NCBI GenBank assembly: GCA_964443745.1
Contig: CAYUEN010000004.1
Location: 13,802-77,801, forward strand
DNA: 64,000 bases
Source: an uncultured Campylobacterales bacterium
GTDB lineage: Bacteria; Campylobacterota; Campylobacteria; Campylobacterales; QNZT01
Reading direction: 5' to 3'
A program made the translations under genes and the position numbers. Of this stretch, positions 20,352 to 28,566 are shown one piece after another. Numbering within the stretch: the stretch's first letter is position 1; each line of letters begins with the position of its first letter. Below the pieces are notes generated by a model. The model saw only the letters and a list, made by a program, of their open reading frames with translations. It did no database searches and was not told the origin of the DNA.

Positions 20352-20789
20352 ATGGCGTATTACAACTGGATTCTGGCGTTTCATGTGATGAGCGTGCTGT
20401 CGTGGATGGCGATGCTCTTCTATCAGCCCAGGCTCTATGTCTATCATGTCGAGCGTATGGCCAACGGCCCCGCATTTACAGACGTCATCAAGATCCAGGA
20501 AGAGAAACTCTACCGTTTTATCGGTACGCCCGCCCTCTGGGCGTCTTTGCTCAGCGGGCTCACGATGATCTGGCTCAACCCCGCCCTTTTGCAAGGCGGC
20601 GTTTGGCTCTATGTCAAACTCGCCGCGGCGACGCTCCTGATCGCCTACCATTTCAGCCTCGGCTACTTTAGAAAACGGCTGAAGGAAGACAGCTGCACCA
20701 AAAGCGGAAAATTCTTCAGAGTCTGGAACGAAATCCCCACGCTGCTGATGATCGTGATCGTCATCATGGTGGTGGTCAAACCGGTTTGA
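20352..20789 (+). CDS. hemJ: Protoporphyrinogen IX oxidase HemJ (CopD-like membrane protein)
   Basis: 145 aa starting MAYYNWILAFHVMSVLSWMAMLFYQPRLYVYH, with four TM helices. Confidence 0.8.
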   Translation: MAYYNWILAFHVMSVLSWMAMLFYQPRLYVYHVERMANGPAFTDVIKIQEEKLYRFIGTPALWASLLSGLTMIWLNPALLQGGVWLYVKLAAATLLIAYHFSLGYFRKRLKEDSCTKSGKFFRVWNEIPTLLMIVIVIMVVVKPV

Positions 20790-20883
20790 AGCCGCCAGAA
20801 AGCGCTCGGAGCGATTTTTATCGTTGATCGCGATATAAAATTTCATTATATTTTGACCTCTTGCATACTTTACCCGAAACGTG

Positions 20884-20895
20884 TTACCATGGTAA
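20884..20895. promoter_or_regulatory. Perfect 12-bp palindrome TTACCATGGTAA upstream of the dehydrogenase operon (candidate operator)
   Basis: Read directly from the sequence. Lies 42-53 bp upstream of ATG 20937 and downstream of the AT-rich stretch GATATAAAATTTCATTATATTTTGA. Confidence 0.3.
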
Positions 20896-20936
20896 TGGCG
20901 GTATAGATACCGAACCCCACGACAAAGGAGCGAAAG

Positions 20937-21278
20937 ATGGGAAGAATGCAGGATAAACTCTCGGATATCAAACGGCTCATCGGAAAGTTGCAAAAACAGC
21001 AGCCCGAAGAGATCAAGGCGTTTTTGGATTTTATGACGGCGGCGGAGAAAGAGGGCGCTTTGTCCACCAGACAAAAAGAGCTCGTCAACGTCGGTCTGGC
21101 CGTCGCAGCACAGTGTGAATGGTGTATCGCGCTCCATGTAGAGGGGGCGCTCAAAGCGGGAGCGAGCAAGGAGGAGATTCTCGAAGCGGCGATGCAGGCG
21201 GTATTGATGCATGGGGGTCCGGCCCTGATGTATATGACGCCGGTCGAAGCGGCGCTCGAGGAGTTCGCCGATGGATAA
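20937..21278 (+). CDS. Carboxymuconolactone decarboxylase-family (AhpD-like) CxxC protein
   Basis: 113 aa with VGLAVAAQCEWCIALH. Overlaps the E1-alpha start by 8 nt. Confidence 0.8.
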   Translation: MGRMQDKLSDIKRLIGKLQKQQPEEIKAFLDFMTAAEKEGALSTRQKELVNVGLAVAAQCEWCIALHVEGALKAGASKEEILEAAMQAVLMHGGPALMYMTPVEAALEEFADG

Positions 21279-22242
21279 ACTGCTGGTGGAGAATTTCTAC
21301 TATCTTATGAAACTCGGCCGCGAATTCGAAATCGCGGCCAAAGAGGCCTATATGGAGGGGAAGATAGCCGGTTTTCTCCATCTGGATATCGGACAGGAGG
21401 CGATCAGTGCCGGATCGATGCGTGCCTTTGCCAAAGGGGATGTCTTCACGACCTATCGTGAACATGTGCTTGCGATCGCACGCGGTATTCCCGCCAAAAG
21501 CGTGATGGCGGAGCTTTTTGGCAAAGCCACGGGCGTAAGCGGAGGCAAGGGGGGATCGATGCACCTTTTCGAGCCGCAGTTGGACTTTTACGGCGGTGAC
21601 GCGATCGTGGGGGGACAATTGCCGCTGGCGGTGGGATGCGCCTACGCCAGAAAGATGCAGCGCGAACACAGCGGCGTAATGGTGCTTTTCGGAGACGGCG
21701 CGACCAACGGCGGCGCTTTTTTCGAATCGATCAACATCGCCAGCGCCTGGAAGCTGCCGTTGATCTTTCTATGCGAAAACAACCGCTACGCGATCGGAAC
21801 CGATATCGCTTGGGTCTCTCCTTTTACGCAACTCCACAAAAAAGCCAAAGGATATATGCCGGCCGTAGAGGTGGACGGGATGGACGTACTGGCAGTCTAC
21901 GAAGCGGTCAAGGAGGCGAAGGAGTATATAGAAGAGGGGTTGGGGCCCTACTTCATCGAAGCTCACACCTACCGCTACGAAGGCCATTCGATGAGTGATA
22001 GCGGGGATTACCGCTCCCCCGAGGAACTTTCGATCTACAAGGCGAAGGATCCCGTCGAAAACCTCAAAAACAAGGCGCTCGAAAAAGGGATCGTCGATCA
22101 AGGCTTTTTCGATACCATCGATCTGAAGGTGAAAGAGGAGGTGCAAGAGGCGCTTTCGTATGCGGAGTCTTCTCCCGAACCCGATCCGAGCGAATTGAAG
22201 ACGGACGTATTCTGCAAGGAGTGCACCTATGTTATATCGTGA
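21271..22242 (+). CDS. 2-oxoacid (pyruvate/acetoin-type) dehydrogenase E1 alpha subunit, ThDP-dependent
   Basis: GFLHLDIGQEA, YREH, GKGGSMH, and GDGATNGGAFFESINIASAWKLPLIFLCENNRYA (ThDP motif). Confidence 0.88.
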   Translation: MDKLLVENFYYLMKLGREFEIAAKEAYMEGKIAGFLHLDIGQEAISAGSMRAFAKGDVFTTYREHVLAIARGIPAKSVMAELFGKATGVSGGKGGSMHLFEPQLDFYGGDAIVGGQLPLAVGCAYARKMQREHSGVMVLFGDGATNGGAFFESINIASAWKLPLIFLCENNRYAIGTDIAWVSPFTQLHKKAKGYMPAVEVDGMDVLAVYEAVKEAKEYIEEGLGPYFIEAHTYRYEGHSMSDSGDYRSPEELSIYKAKDPVENLKNKALEKGIVDQGFFDTIDLKVKEEVQEALSYAESSPEPDPSELKTDVFCKECTYVIS

Positions 22243-23206
22243 AGCCCTCAACCGTGCGATCGACGAAGCGATGGAGATGGACGAACGGGTCGTGATGCTC
22301 GGAGAAGATGTGGGGCGCTACGGCGGCAGCTATCGGGTGAGCGAAGGGCTCTATGCAAAATACGGCGGTATGCGAGTCATCGATACGCCGATCGCGGAGC
22401 TTTCGATCGTGGGAAACGCGATCGGTATGGCGATCGGAGGACTTCGGCCGATCGCGGAAATCATGACAGTGAACTTTTCGTTGCTCGCGGCGGATCAGAT
22501 TGTCAACCATGCGGCCAAACTCCGCTATATGAGCGGCGGCAAAGTGGCGATTCCGTTGACGATACGGATGCCCGGAGGCGTCTCCAGGCAGTTGGGCGCC
22601 CAACACAGCGAAAACTACGAAGCCTTCTACGCTTCGCAACCGGGGTTGATCGTACTGGCCGCCTCCAATCCGGACTACGCCTACCACGGTCTCAAAAAGG
22701 CGATCATGATGGACGATCCGGTAGTCTTTCTCGAGCATGAACTCCTCTACAATACCGAAGGGGAGATTCGTTCGCACAAAACGTTCGACCCTTTCAGAGC
22801 GGAAATCGTCAAGGAGGGAAAAGATATCACGATCGTCACCTATCTCAAAATGCGTTACGACGTGATGAAAGCGGTCGGAGAAATCGAGCGGGAATTGGGC
22901 GCGAGCGTGGAGGTGATCGATCTCAACTCTCTCCGTCCGATCGATTTTGCGACCATCGAAACATCGGTACGAAAGACCGGACGGGTCGTCATCGTGGAGG
23001 AGGATCACAAGACGGGAGGTTACGGCGCGCAGATCGCGGCGCAAATCGCCGAAGAGCTCTTCTACCTTCTGGACGCTCCGATTCTCAGAATCGCGGGTGA
23101 AGACGTACCGATTCCCTACAACCGCCGGCTCGAACTCGCCTCCATCCCCACCCCGGATAAGATATCGGCGAAAGTGATCGCATGGGGAGGCAAACATGGC
23201 TTATGA
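22229..23206 (+). CDS. 2-oxoacid dehydrogenase E1 beta subunit
   Basis: REALNRAIDEAM, VMLGEDVG, RVIDTPIAE, VVFLEH, and the C-terminal transketolase-like domain. Confidence 0.9.
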   Translation: MLYREALNRAIDEAMEMDERVVMLGEDVGRYGGSYRVSEGLYAKYGGMRVIDTPIAELSIVGNAIGMAIGGLRPIAEIMTVNFSLLAADQIVNHAAKLRYMSGGKVAIPLTIRMPGGVSRQLGAQHSENYEAFYASQPGLIVLAASNPDYAYHGLKKAIMMDDPVVFLEHELLYNTEGEIRSHKTFDPFRAEIVKEGKDITIVTYLKMRYDVMKAVGEIERELGASVEVIDLNSLRPIDFATIETSVRKTGRVVIVEEDHKTGGYGAQIAAQIAEELFYLLDAPILRIAGEDVPIPYNRRLELASIPTPDKISAKVIAWGGKHGL

Positions 23207-24431
23207 GATCACGATGCCGATCCTCTCGGATACGATGGAGAGCGGAAAACTGATCAAATGGCATGTCAAACCGGGCGATCGCGTCAAAAAAGGGGATGTG
23301 ATCGCGGAGGTGGAGTCGGACAAGGCGATTATGGAGGTGCAGAGTTTCAAGGACGGAATCGTCGAAGAGCTCAAAGCAAAAGAGGGGGAAGAGGTGCCGG
23401 TCAAGAAGGTCATCGCTGTCATAAAGCCCGCCGAAACCGCCGAAAAAACACCGCCTCCGCCCGTCGATCTCCCTCCCTCCGAAAAGAAAGAAACTCCCCC
23501 ACCCGATAAGACCAATCCGATACTCGACATTATCGGCTCCCCCGTCGAATCTTCGCATCCGCCTTTTTTCGAAGCTTCTCCCGCCGCGAGAAAGAAAGCC
23601 GCGGAGCTCGGATTGGATGGGAAACGCCTCCAAGAAGAGGGGAGACTTCCCCGCCCCGCCCATCTGAAAGATTTGGAGAGCCTCTGGCTGGAGCGCTATT
23701 TTACTCCCGCGGCCAGAAAAACGATGGAGCGGTTTGGCATCGATCCTTTGAAACTCAAGCGGGAGCGAAAGGTGACGCGAGAAGAGGTGGAAGCCTATGC
23801 TCGCGCCCACCATCTGAGCGAAAGGATCGAAATCTCCTCCAACCAAAAAGCGATCATCTCCCATATGAAAAAGGCGGCGGCAAAGCCGGTCTACCGTATA
23901 TACGACAGACTCGATCTTTCGAATATACCCCGCACCGAAGAGATCAAGCTGACCAGTTGGATCGTGAAACTCTTCGCCGATACGATGGCGGCGTTTCCGA
24001 CGATGCGTACGATCTATCGGGAGGAAAGCTTTTGGCGGTATGCGGGCGCCAATATCGCCGTGGCCGTGGCGACGGACGAAGCGCTCTATACCCCCGTACT
24101 CAAAAATGCCGACGAAATGGCCCCGAAAGAGATCGACGATTGGATACGCAAAATCAAGAAAAAGGCCATTACAGGAGATTTCAAACCCGAGGAGTTTAAA
24201 GATTCGAGTCTGGGTATCAGCAATCTGGGTATGTTCGGTATCGAAGCGTTCGATGCGTTGATCAACCGGGACGACTGCGCGATGGCGGCGATCGGAGCGA
24301 TGAGAGAGCATGTCGTCTCCGTCACGGTCGCGTTCGACCACCGGGTGGTCAACGGCAAAGAGGGGGCGCGTTTCATCCAGGCGCTCAAAGAGCGTGCGAA
24401 CGATGCGCGCTACATTCGGACACTCGCTTGA
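23196..24431 (+). CDS. Dihydrolipoamide acyltransferase E2 (one lipoyl domain, E3-binding domain, catalytic domain)
   Basis: Lipoyl-Lys motif VESDKAIMEV, Pro-rich linker, ASPAARKKAAELGLD, and catalytic domain ending FDHRVVNGKEGARF. Confidence 0.9.
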   Translation: MAYEITMPILSDTMESGKLIKWHVKPGDRVKKGDVIAEVESDKAIMEVQSFKDGIVEELKAKEGEEVPVKKVIAVIKPAETAEKTPPPPVDLPPSEKKETPPPDKTNPILDIIGSPVESSHPPFFEASPAARKKAAELGLDGKRLQEEGRLPRPAHLKDLESLWLERYFTPAARKTMERFGIDPLKLKRERKVTREEVEAYARAHHLSERIEISSNQKAIISHMKKAAAKPVYRIYDRLDLSNIPRTEEIKLTSWIVKLFADTMAAFPTMRTIYREESFWRYAGANIAVAVATDEALYTPVLKNADEMAPKEIDDWIRKIKKKAITGDFKPEEFKDSSLGISNLGMFGIEAFDALINRDDCAMAAIGAMREHVVSVTVAFDHRVVNGKEGARFIQALKERANDARYIRTLA

Positions 24432-24439
24432 GACGACCG

Positions 24440-25339
24440 ATGGGCGAAACGTTTCACAAATTCGTCAAAATGGTCGGAACCGGCCCCAAAAGCAACCGGG
24501 ATCTAAGCCAAGAAGAGGCGGCTTCGATGATGGAGATGATACTGGAAAAAAGAGCGTTTTCGGAGCAGATCGCCGCCTTTTTGCTCGGTTGGCGTCTCAA
24601 GCCGGAAACCGATGCGGAGTTTCGCGGCGCCCTGGAAGCGATCGACAGATATACGAAGCGAATAGACATACCCGATTCGGTGGAACTGGGATATCCGTTT
24701 GACGGCAAGAACAAAAGCTTCTATCTGCTGCCGCTTGTAGGCAGGCTGCTCTCAAAAAAGGATCCGACCCTGATCGTCAGCGGCGGTGCCAGACAGCCCG
24801 CCAAAGGGGGAGTGACGCTGCGAGAACTGGATGAACGGACAACTTGGCCCCGATCGGTGCGGTATTTCGACCGCGCCGACTACGCGCCCGCCCTCGAAGC
24901 GCTCACTCCTATTAGGCAACGGTTGGGATTGCGTACGGCGCTCAATACGCTGGAGAAGCTGCCGTATGTGGCATCGAGCCGCTGGGCGATCACCGGAGTC
25001 TTTCACCGTCCTTACGTCAGAAAATACGCGGCGATCTTCGCGGGACGGTACGAAAGGCTGATGCTGCTGCAAGGAAGCGAAGGAAGTCCCGAAATCTTCG
25101 GAAAAAGCCGATTTTGGATCGTGGAGGGGGATACGATTCGGGAAGATTCGGTCGATCCGAGGGATTTTGGTATCGGTTTTCTGAAATCGTGGCGTAAAAT
25201 CACGCTCGATGAGGCGCTCGGAGAGCTTGAAAACCCCTCCGAAGAGGTGTGGGGGCTCGCGCGGCTCAATGCCGCGGTGATCCGCTACGTGGCGGGAAGA
25301 GCAAAAACGATCGAACAGGCATACGAGGAGTTGCTATGA
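24440..25339 (+). CDS. YbiB/TrpD2-like protein (anthranilate phosphoribosyltransferase paralogue, glycosyltransferase family 3 fold)
   Basis: VGTGPKSNRDLSQEEAASMMEMIL...AAFLLGWRLKPETDAEF mirrors the YbiB N-terminus (GRGKNHARDL...ALRIKGE). ATG 24440 lies 8 nt after the E2 stop. Confidence 0.55.
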   Translation: MGETFHKFVKMVGTGPKSNRDLSQEEAASMMEMILEKRAFSEQIAAFLLGWRLKPETDAEFRGALEAIDRYTKRIDIPDSVELGYPFDGKNKSFYLLPLVGRLLSKKDPTLIVSGGARQPAKGGVTLRELDERTTWPRSVRYFDRADYAPALEALTPIRQRLGLRTALNTLEKLPYVASSRWAITGVFHRPYVRKYAAIFAGRYERLMLLQGSEGSPEIFGKSRFWIVEGDTIREDSVDPRDFGIGFLKSWRKITLDEALGELENPSEEVWGLARLNAAVIRYVAGRAKTIEQAYEELL

Positions 25340-25728
25340 GAGAGAGATTGACGGTGCTGGGCATCGAGGAGATGGACGGGATCCACAGACAGGAGCTGGA
25401 AATGCTGGATGCGCTACTGGAAGCGATCGACAACGAAACGGACGAAACGCGTGTGACGTTGAAGTTCGAAGCGTTGTTGGAAGATATGCGCAGACATTTC
25501 GAATACGAAGAGTCGCTGATGCGCGGGAAGGGATTCGGGATGTACAATATCCACAAAAGCGATCATGACAAAATGCTTTCGGAGGTGCGCTATCTGCTGG
25601 GAGAGTGGCGCAGCCGTCGGGATCGCGCACGAATCAAGGAGTACTTCGAGTACGAATTCGCCTTTTGGCTTCCCCAGCATATCGCCGCGATGGATACGGT
25701 CCTTGCGGAGTTTTTGAGAGGATTGTAG
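25336..25728 (+). CDS. Hemerythrin-like metal-binding protein (bacteriohemerythrin)
   Basis: 130 aa from ATG 25336 (ATGA overlap with the upstream stop). His/Glu/Asp ligand pattern: GIHRQELEML, HFEYEESLM, HKSDHDKM, HIAAMD. Confidence 0.75.
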   Translation: MRERLTVLGIEEMDGIHRQELEMLDALLEAIDNETDETRVTLKFEALLEDMRRHFEYEESLMRGKGFGMYNIHKSDHDKMLSEVRYLLGEWRSRRDRARIKEYFEYEFAFWLPQHIAAMDTVLAEFLRGL

Positions 25729-25745
25729 AAAGAGGGGATTTTTTT

Positions 25746-27071
25746 ATGAAATACGACATCATCTATATCGGCGGCGGTTTGAACTACGAAGGGGCGATTT
25801 TGGCGGCAAAAGCCGGAAAGAGGGTGTTGCTGATAGAGCGGGACCTGAAGATGTTGGGCGGCACTTGCCTGCACAGAGGCTGCATCCCCTCCAAATATCT
25901 GCTCCATTTCGCGCAGACCCGGCTCGATCTTCGCCGTAACGTCTTTCGTATTCACAAAAACAGGTTGAAGATGGATCGAGCGCTTGCCGAAATAGAGGGT
26001 GTGCTCGCCAAGGCGACCGAAGCGATCAAAAAGCAACTGGTTTACGCGAAAGTGGAAGTCGTCGAAGGAGAAGGAGTCGTCACCGCTCCCCATATCGTGG
26101 AGGCGGCAGGTCGTCGTTTCGAGGGGGAGCATATCGTTTTGGGTATCGGTTCGGCCCCTTTCGTCCCGGAGGGGTTCGAGTACGACGGCAGGCGGGTGAT
26201 CACGAGCGACGAAGCGCTGAGACTCGATACGCTACCCGAATCGATCGGAATCGTGGGCGGCGGGGCGATCGGGTTGGAGTTCGCCTCCTTTTTCGCGGCA
26301 AACGACACGAATGTCACCCTCTTTCTTCGCCACGATACGATTCTGCCCAAATCCCATCCGCTTCTCTCTTCCGCCTTGATGAAAAAACTGCGGGAGATTG
26401 GCGTGAAATTCGTCACCGATGCGAAAATATCGGGTGTGAAATCCGAAAAGGAGTACGCCGAGGTGACAACCCTTTCGCAGCGCTACCGGTTCGATCGTCT
26501 TCTTGTCGCCACCGGCCGCAAACCTCTCACCGACGCGGTCGCGACGCCCGAAATCACGCTCGGCAAGGGAATCGAGACGGATAGCCGTTTCGAAACCACC
26601 CTGCCCGCCCACTATGCGATAGGGGATTGCAACGGCAAACTCCAGCTCGCTCATGCCGCCAGGGCCGAGGTGCGTTACGTCACCAGACGGATACTCGGCG
26701 AAAATCCCAAAATCGTGACGATGGAACAGATTCCCAAATTCATCAACACCCTACCGATGGGTTTTGCGGAGGTCGGACTCACGAAGCGGGAATTGGAAGA
26801 TCGGGGTATCGATTACAAGGAGTCGTTTTTCGCTCTCTCGGCACTCACCCTTTCGGGTGCGTATGATGCCCTCGAAGGGATGGTCATACTCTACGCCGAT
26901 AGCGAAAACTTCATCGTGGGAGCCGAATTGCTCGCACCCAATGCCGCCGAACTGATCGGTATCGCGGCGACCGCTCTGAGCGGCCAGTTGGATCGTGACA
27001 CTTTTCTCGAAACCGTCTTCGCCCATCCGACGTTCAGCGAAGGGTTCGATCATGCGGCGATGCGCCTGTGA
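25746..27071 (+). CDS. lpdA: Dihydrolipoyl dehydrogenase (E3)
   Basis: MKYDIIYIGGGLNYEG, redox-active disulfide GGTCLHRGCIPSK, second Rossmann IVGGGAIGLEFA, C-terminal FAHPTFSEG. Confidence 0.88.
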   Translation: MKYDIIYIGGGLNYEGAILAAKAGKRVLLIERDLKMLGGTCLHRGCIPSKYLLHFAQTRLDLRRNVFRIHKNRLKMDRALAEIEGVLAKATEAIKKQLVYAKVEVVEGEGVVTAPHIVEAAGRRFEGEHIVLGIGSAPFVPEGFEYDGRRVITSDEALRLDTLPESIGIVGGGAIGLEFASFFAANDTNVTLFLRHDTILPKSHPLLSSALMKKLREIGVKFVTDAKISGVKSEKEYAEVTTLSQRYRFDRLLVATGRKPLTDAVATPEITLGKGIETDSRFETTLPAHYAIGDCNGKLQLAHAARAEVRYVTRRILGENPKIVTMEQIPKFINTLPMGFAEVGLTKRELEDRGIDYKESFFALSALTLSGAYDALEGMVILYADSENFIVGAELLAPNAAELIGIAATALSGQLDRDTFLETVFAHPTFSEGFDHAAMRL

Positions 27072-27643
27072 TCCGAATCGTCGAAAAGGGCGTCTTGCCC
27101 TACAAGACGGCGATGGCGGAGATGGATCGATACCATGTCGAAGTGGTCGCCGGAGCGGATCCCGTGTTGATCGTTTGTGAGCACGAGCCGGTCTATACCG
27201 TCGGCAGCGACGTATCCGAGTGGGAGGTTCCGGTCGTTCGAAGCGACAGAGGCGGTTCGATCACCTACCATGCTCCCGGCCAGTTGATCTGGTATTTTAT
27301 CTTTCCCGTATCCGACCCGCCCGGTTTCTACAGGCGCGTCGTGCGGATTTTGCGCACCTATCTGCGGGAGTTGGATCCGAAGATCCGATACGATACGAAG
27401 ATGCCCGGATTCTATATCCGAAATCGAAAACTCCTCTCTCTGGGCTTTCGCTATCGAAAAGGGGTTAGCAGACACGGTATCGCGTTGAATGTCGATCTTG
27501 ATCTCGCCCCTTTTCGCAAGATTCGTCCGTGCAATCTGGAGGGAATCGTTCCCACTTCGCTTCGGGCGGAAAATCTCCCTTGCGACAAAACCGAAATCCG
27601 CTCCGAACTCACCCGAAGGATCGTCGATGGTTTCTCCCTATAA
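27068..27643 (+). CDS. lipB: Lipoyl(octanoyl) transferase
   Basis: GTG start overlapping the E3 stop (GTGA). RGGSITYHAPGQL and KGVSRHGIALNV motifs. Confidence 0.88.
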   Translation: MIRIVEKGVLPYKTAMAEMDRYHVEVVAGADPVLIVCEHEPVYTVGSDVSEWEVPVVRSDRGGSITYHAPGQLIWYFIFPVSDPPGFYRRVVRILRTYLRELDPKIRYDTKMPGFYIRNRKLLSLGFRYRKGVSRHGIALNVDLDLAPFRKIRPCNLEGIVPTSLRAENLPCDKTEIRSELTRRIVDGFSL

Positions 27644-28457
27644 GCCCCGCGTCAAAGCTCCCGCTTCAAAGAGCGTCGAGGCGGTGCGAAATATCGTCGA
27701 GGATTTTGGCCTCCATGTCGTCTGTCGGGAGTCGGCTTGTCCCAATATCGCCGAATGTTTCGAACGAAAAACCGCGACTTTTCTGATTTTGGGAGAGCGA
27801 TGCACGAGAAGTTGTCGTTTCTGTAACGTCGCCACCGCCAAACCGCGGCCTCCCGATCCGCTGGAGCCTTACAGATTGGCCGAAGCCGTCGATATATTGG
27901 GCCTTTCGTACGTTGTGCTCACCTCCGTCGATCGCGACGATCTGAAAGATTTCGGTGCCGCCCATTTCGTCCGTAGCATAGAAGCGCTCAAGGCGAAAAT
28001 CCCCGCGATCCGTATCGAAGCGCTCACTCCCGATTTCAAAGGCGATTTTGCCGCGCTGGATCTTCTGATCGAGAGTCGACCCCACAAACTCGCCCACAAT
28101 ATGGAGACGGTTCGCCGCCTCTCCGCGGCGCTTCGTCCGCAGAGCGACTACGACAGAAGCCTGATGGTACTTTATCGCTACGCCAAGAGCGGTATCGCGA
28201 CCAAAACCTCTCTGATGGTGGGGCTTGGCGAAACGAAGGCGGAAATAATCGAAACGATGAAAGAAATCCGCGATGCGGGCGTGCGCGACCTGACGCTGGG
28301 ACAGTATCTAAGACCTACCCCCCGCCATGCGCCGGTCGCACGCTACTATGCGCCGGAAATCTTCGTCGAACTGGGTGAAATCGCCAAAGAGATGGGGTTT
28401 GTCGGAGTCGCCAGCGGACCGCTGGTGCGAAGCTCCTATTTTGCGGACCGACTCTAG
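27627..28457 (+). CDS. lipA: Lipoyl synthase (radical SAM)
   Basis: CPNIAECFERKTATFLILGERCTRSCRFCNV (both Cys clusters). Start ATG 27627 overlaps lipB by 17 nt; the track ORF starts at 27489. Confidence 0.93.
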   Translation: MVSPYKPRVKAPASKSVEAVRNIVEDFGLHVVCRESACPNIAECFERKTATFLILGERCTRSCRFCNVATAKPRPPDPLEPYRLAEAVDILGLSYVVLTSVDRDDLKDFGAAHFVRSIEALKAKIPAIRIEALTPDFKGDFAALDLLIESRPHKLAHNMETVRRLSAALRPQSDYDRSLMVLYRYAKSGIATKTSLMVGLGETKAEIIETMKEIRDAGVRDLTLGQYLRPTPRHAPVARYYAPEIFVELGEIAKEMGFVGVASGPLVRSSYFADRL

Positions 28458-28524
28458 GAGGCGAAGTCGAAGCGTTTTTATCGAAAAAGATGAAGGAAAA
28501 ATATGGAATGATATCGAAAACGAC

Positions 28525-28542
28525 GGTGTGCGTCCGCACACC
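28525..28542. promoter_or_regulatory. Perfect inverted repeat GGTGTGCG-tc-CGCACACC between lipA and the NiR/SiR-like gene (terminator or operator)
   Basis: Read directly from the sequence. Followed by ATTTCG; lies 25 bp upstream of ATG 28567. Confidence 0.3.
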
Positions 28543-28566
28543 ATTTCGCTGAAACGGGGAGGTCGG

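Noticed and set aside
20790-20830. Weak hairpin plus T-run (GCGCTCGGAGCGATTTTTAT) after hemJ, considered as a terminator
   Set aside because: The stem is only 4-5 bp with a 1-3 nt loop, which is too weak to call.
19070-24341. Series of long minus-strand ORFs (19070-20215, 20241-21212, 22232-23197, 23085-24341)
   Set aside because: All lie antisense to lhgO, hemJ, CMD, E1 beta and E2, which have unambiguous signatures on the plus strand. They are shadow ORFs.
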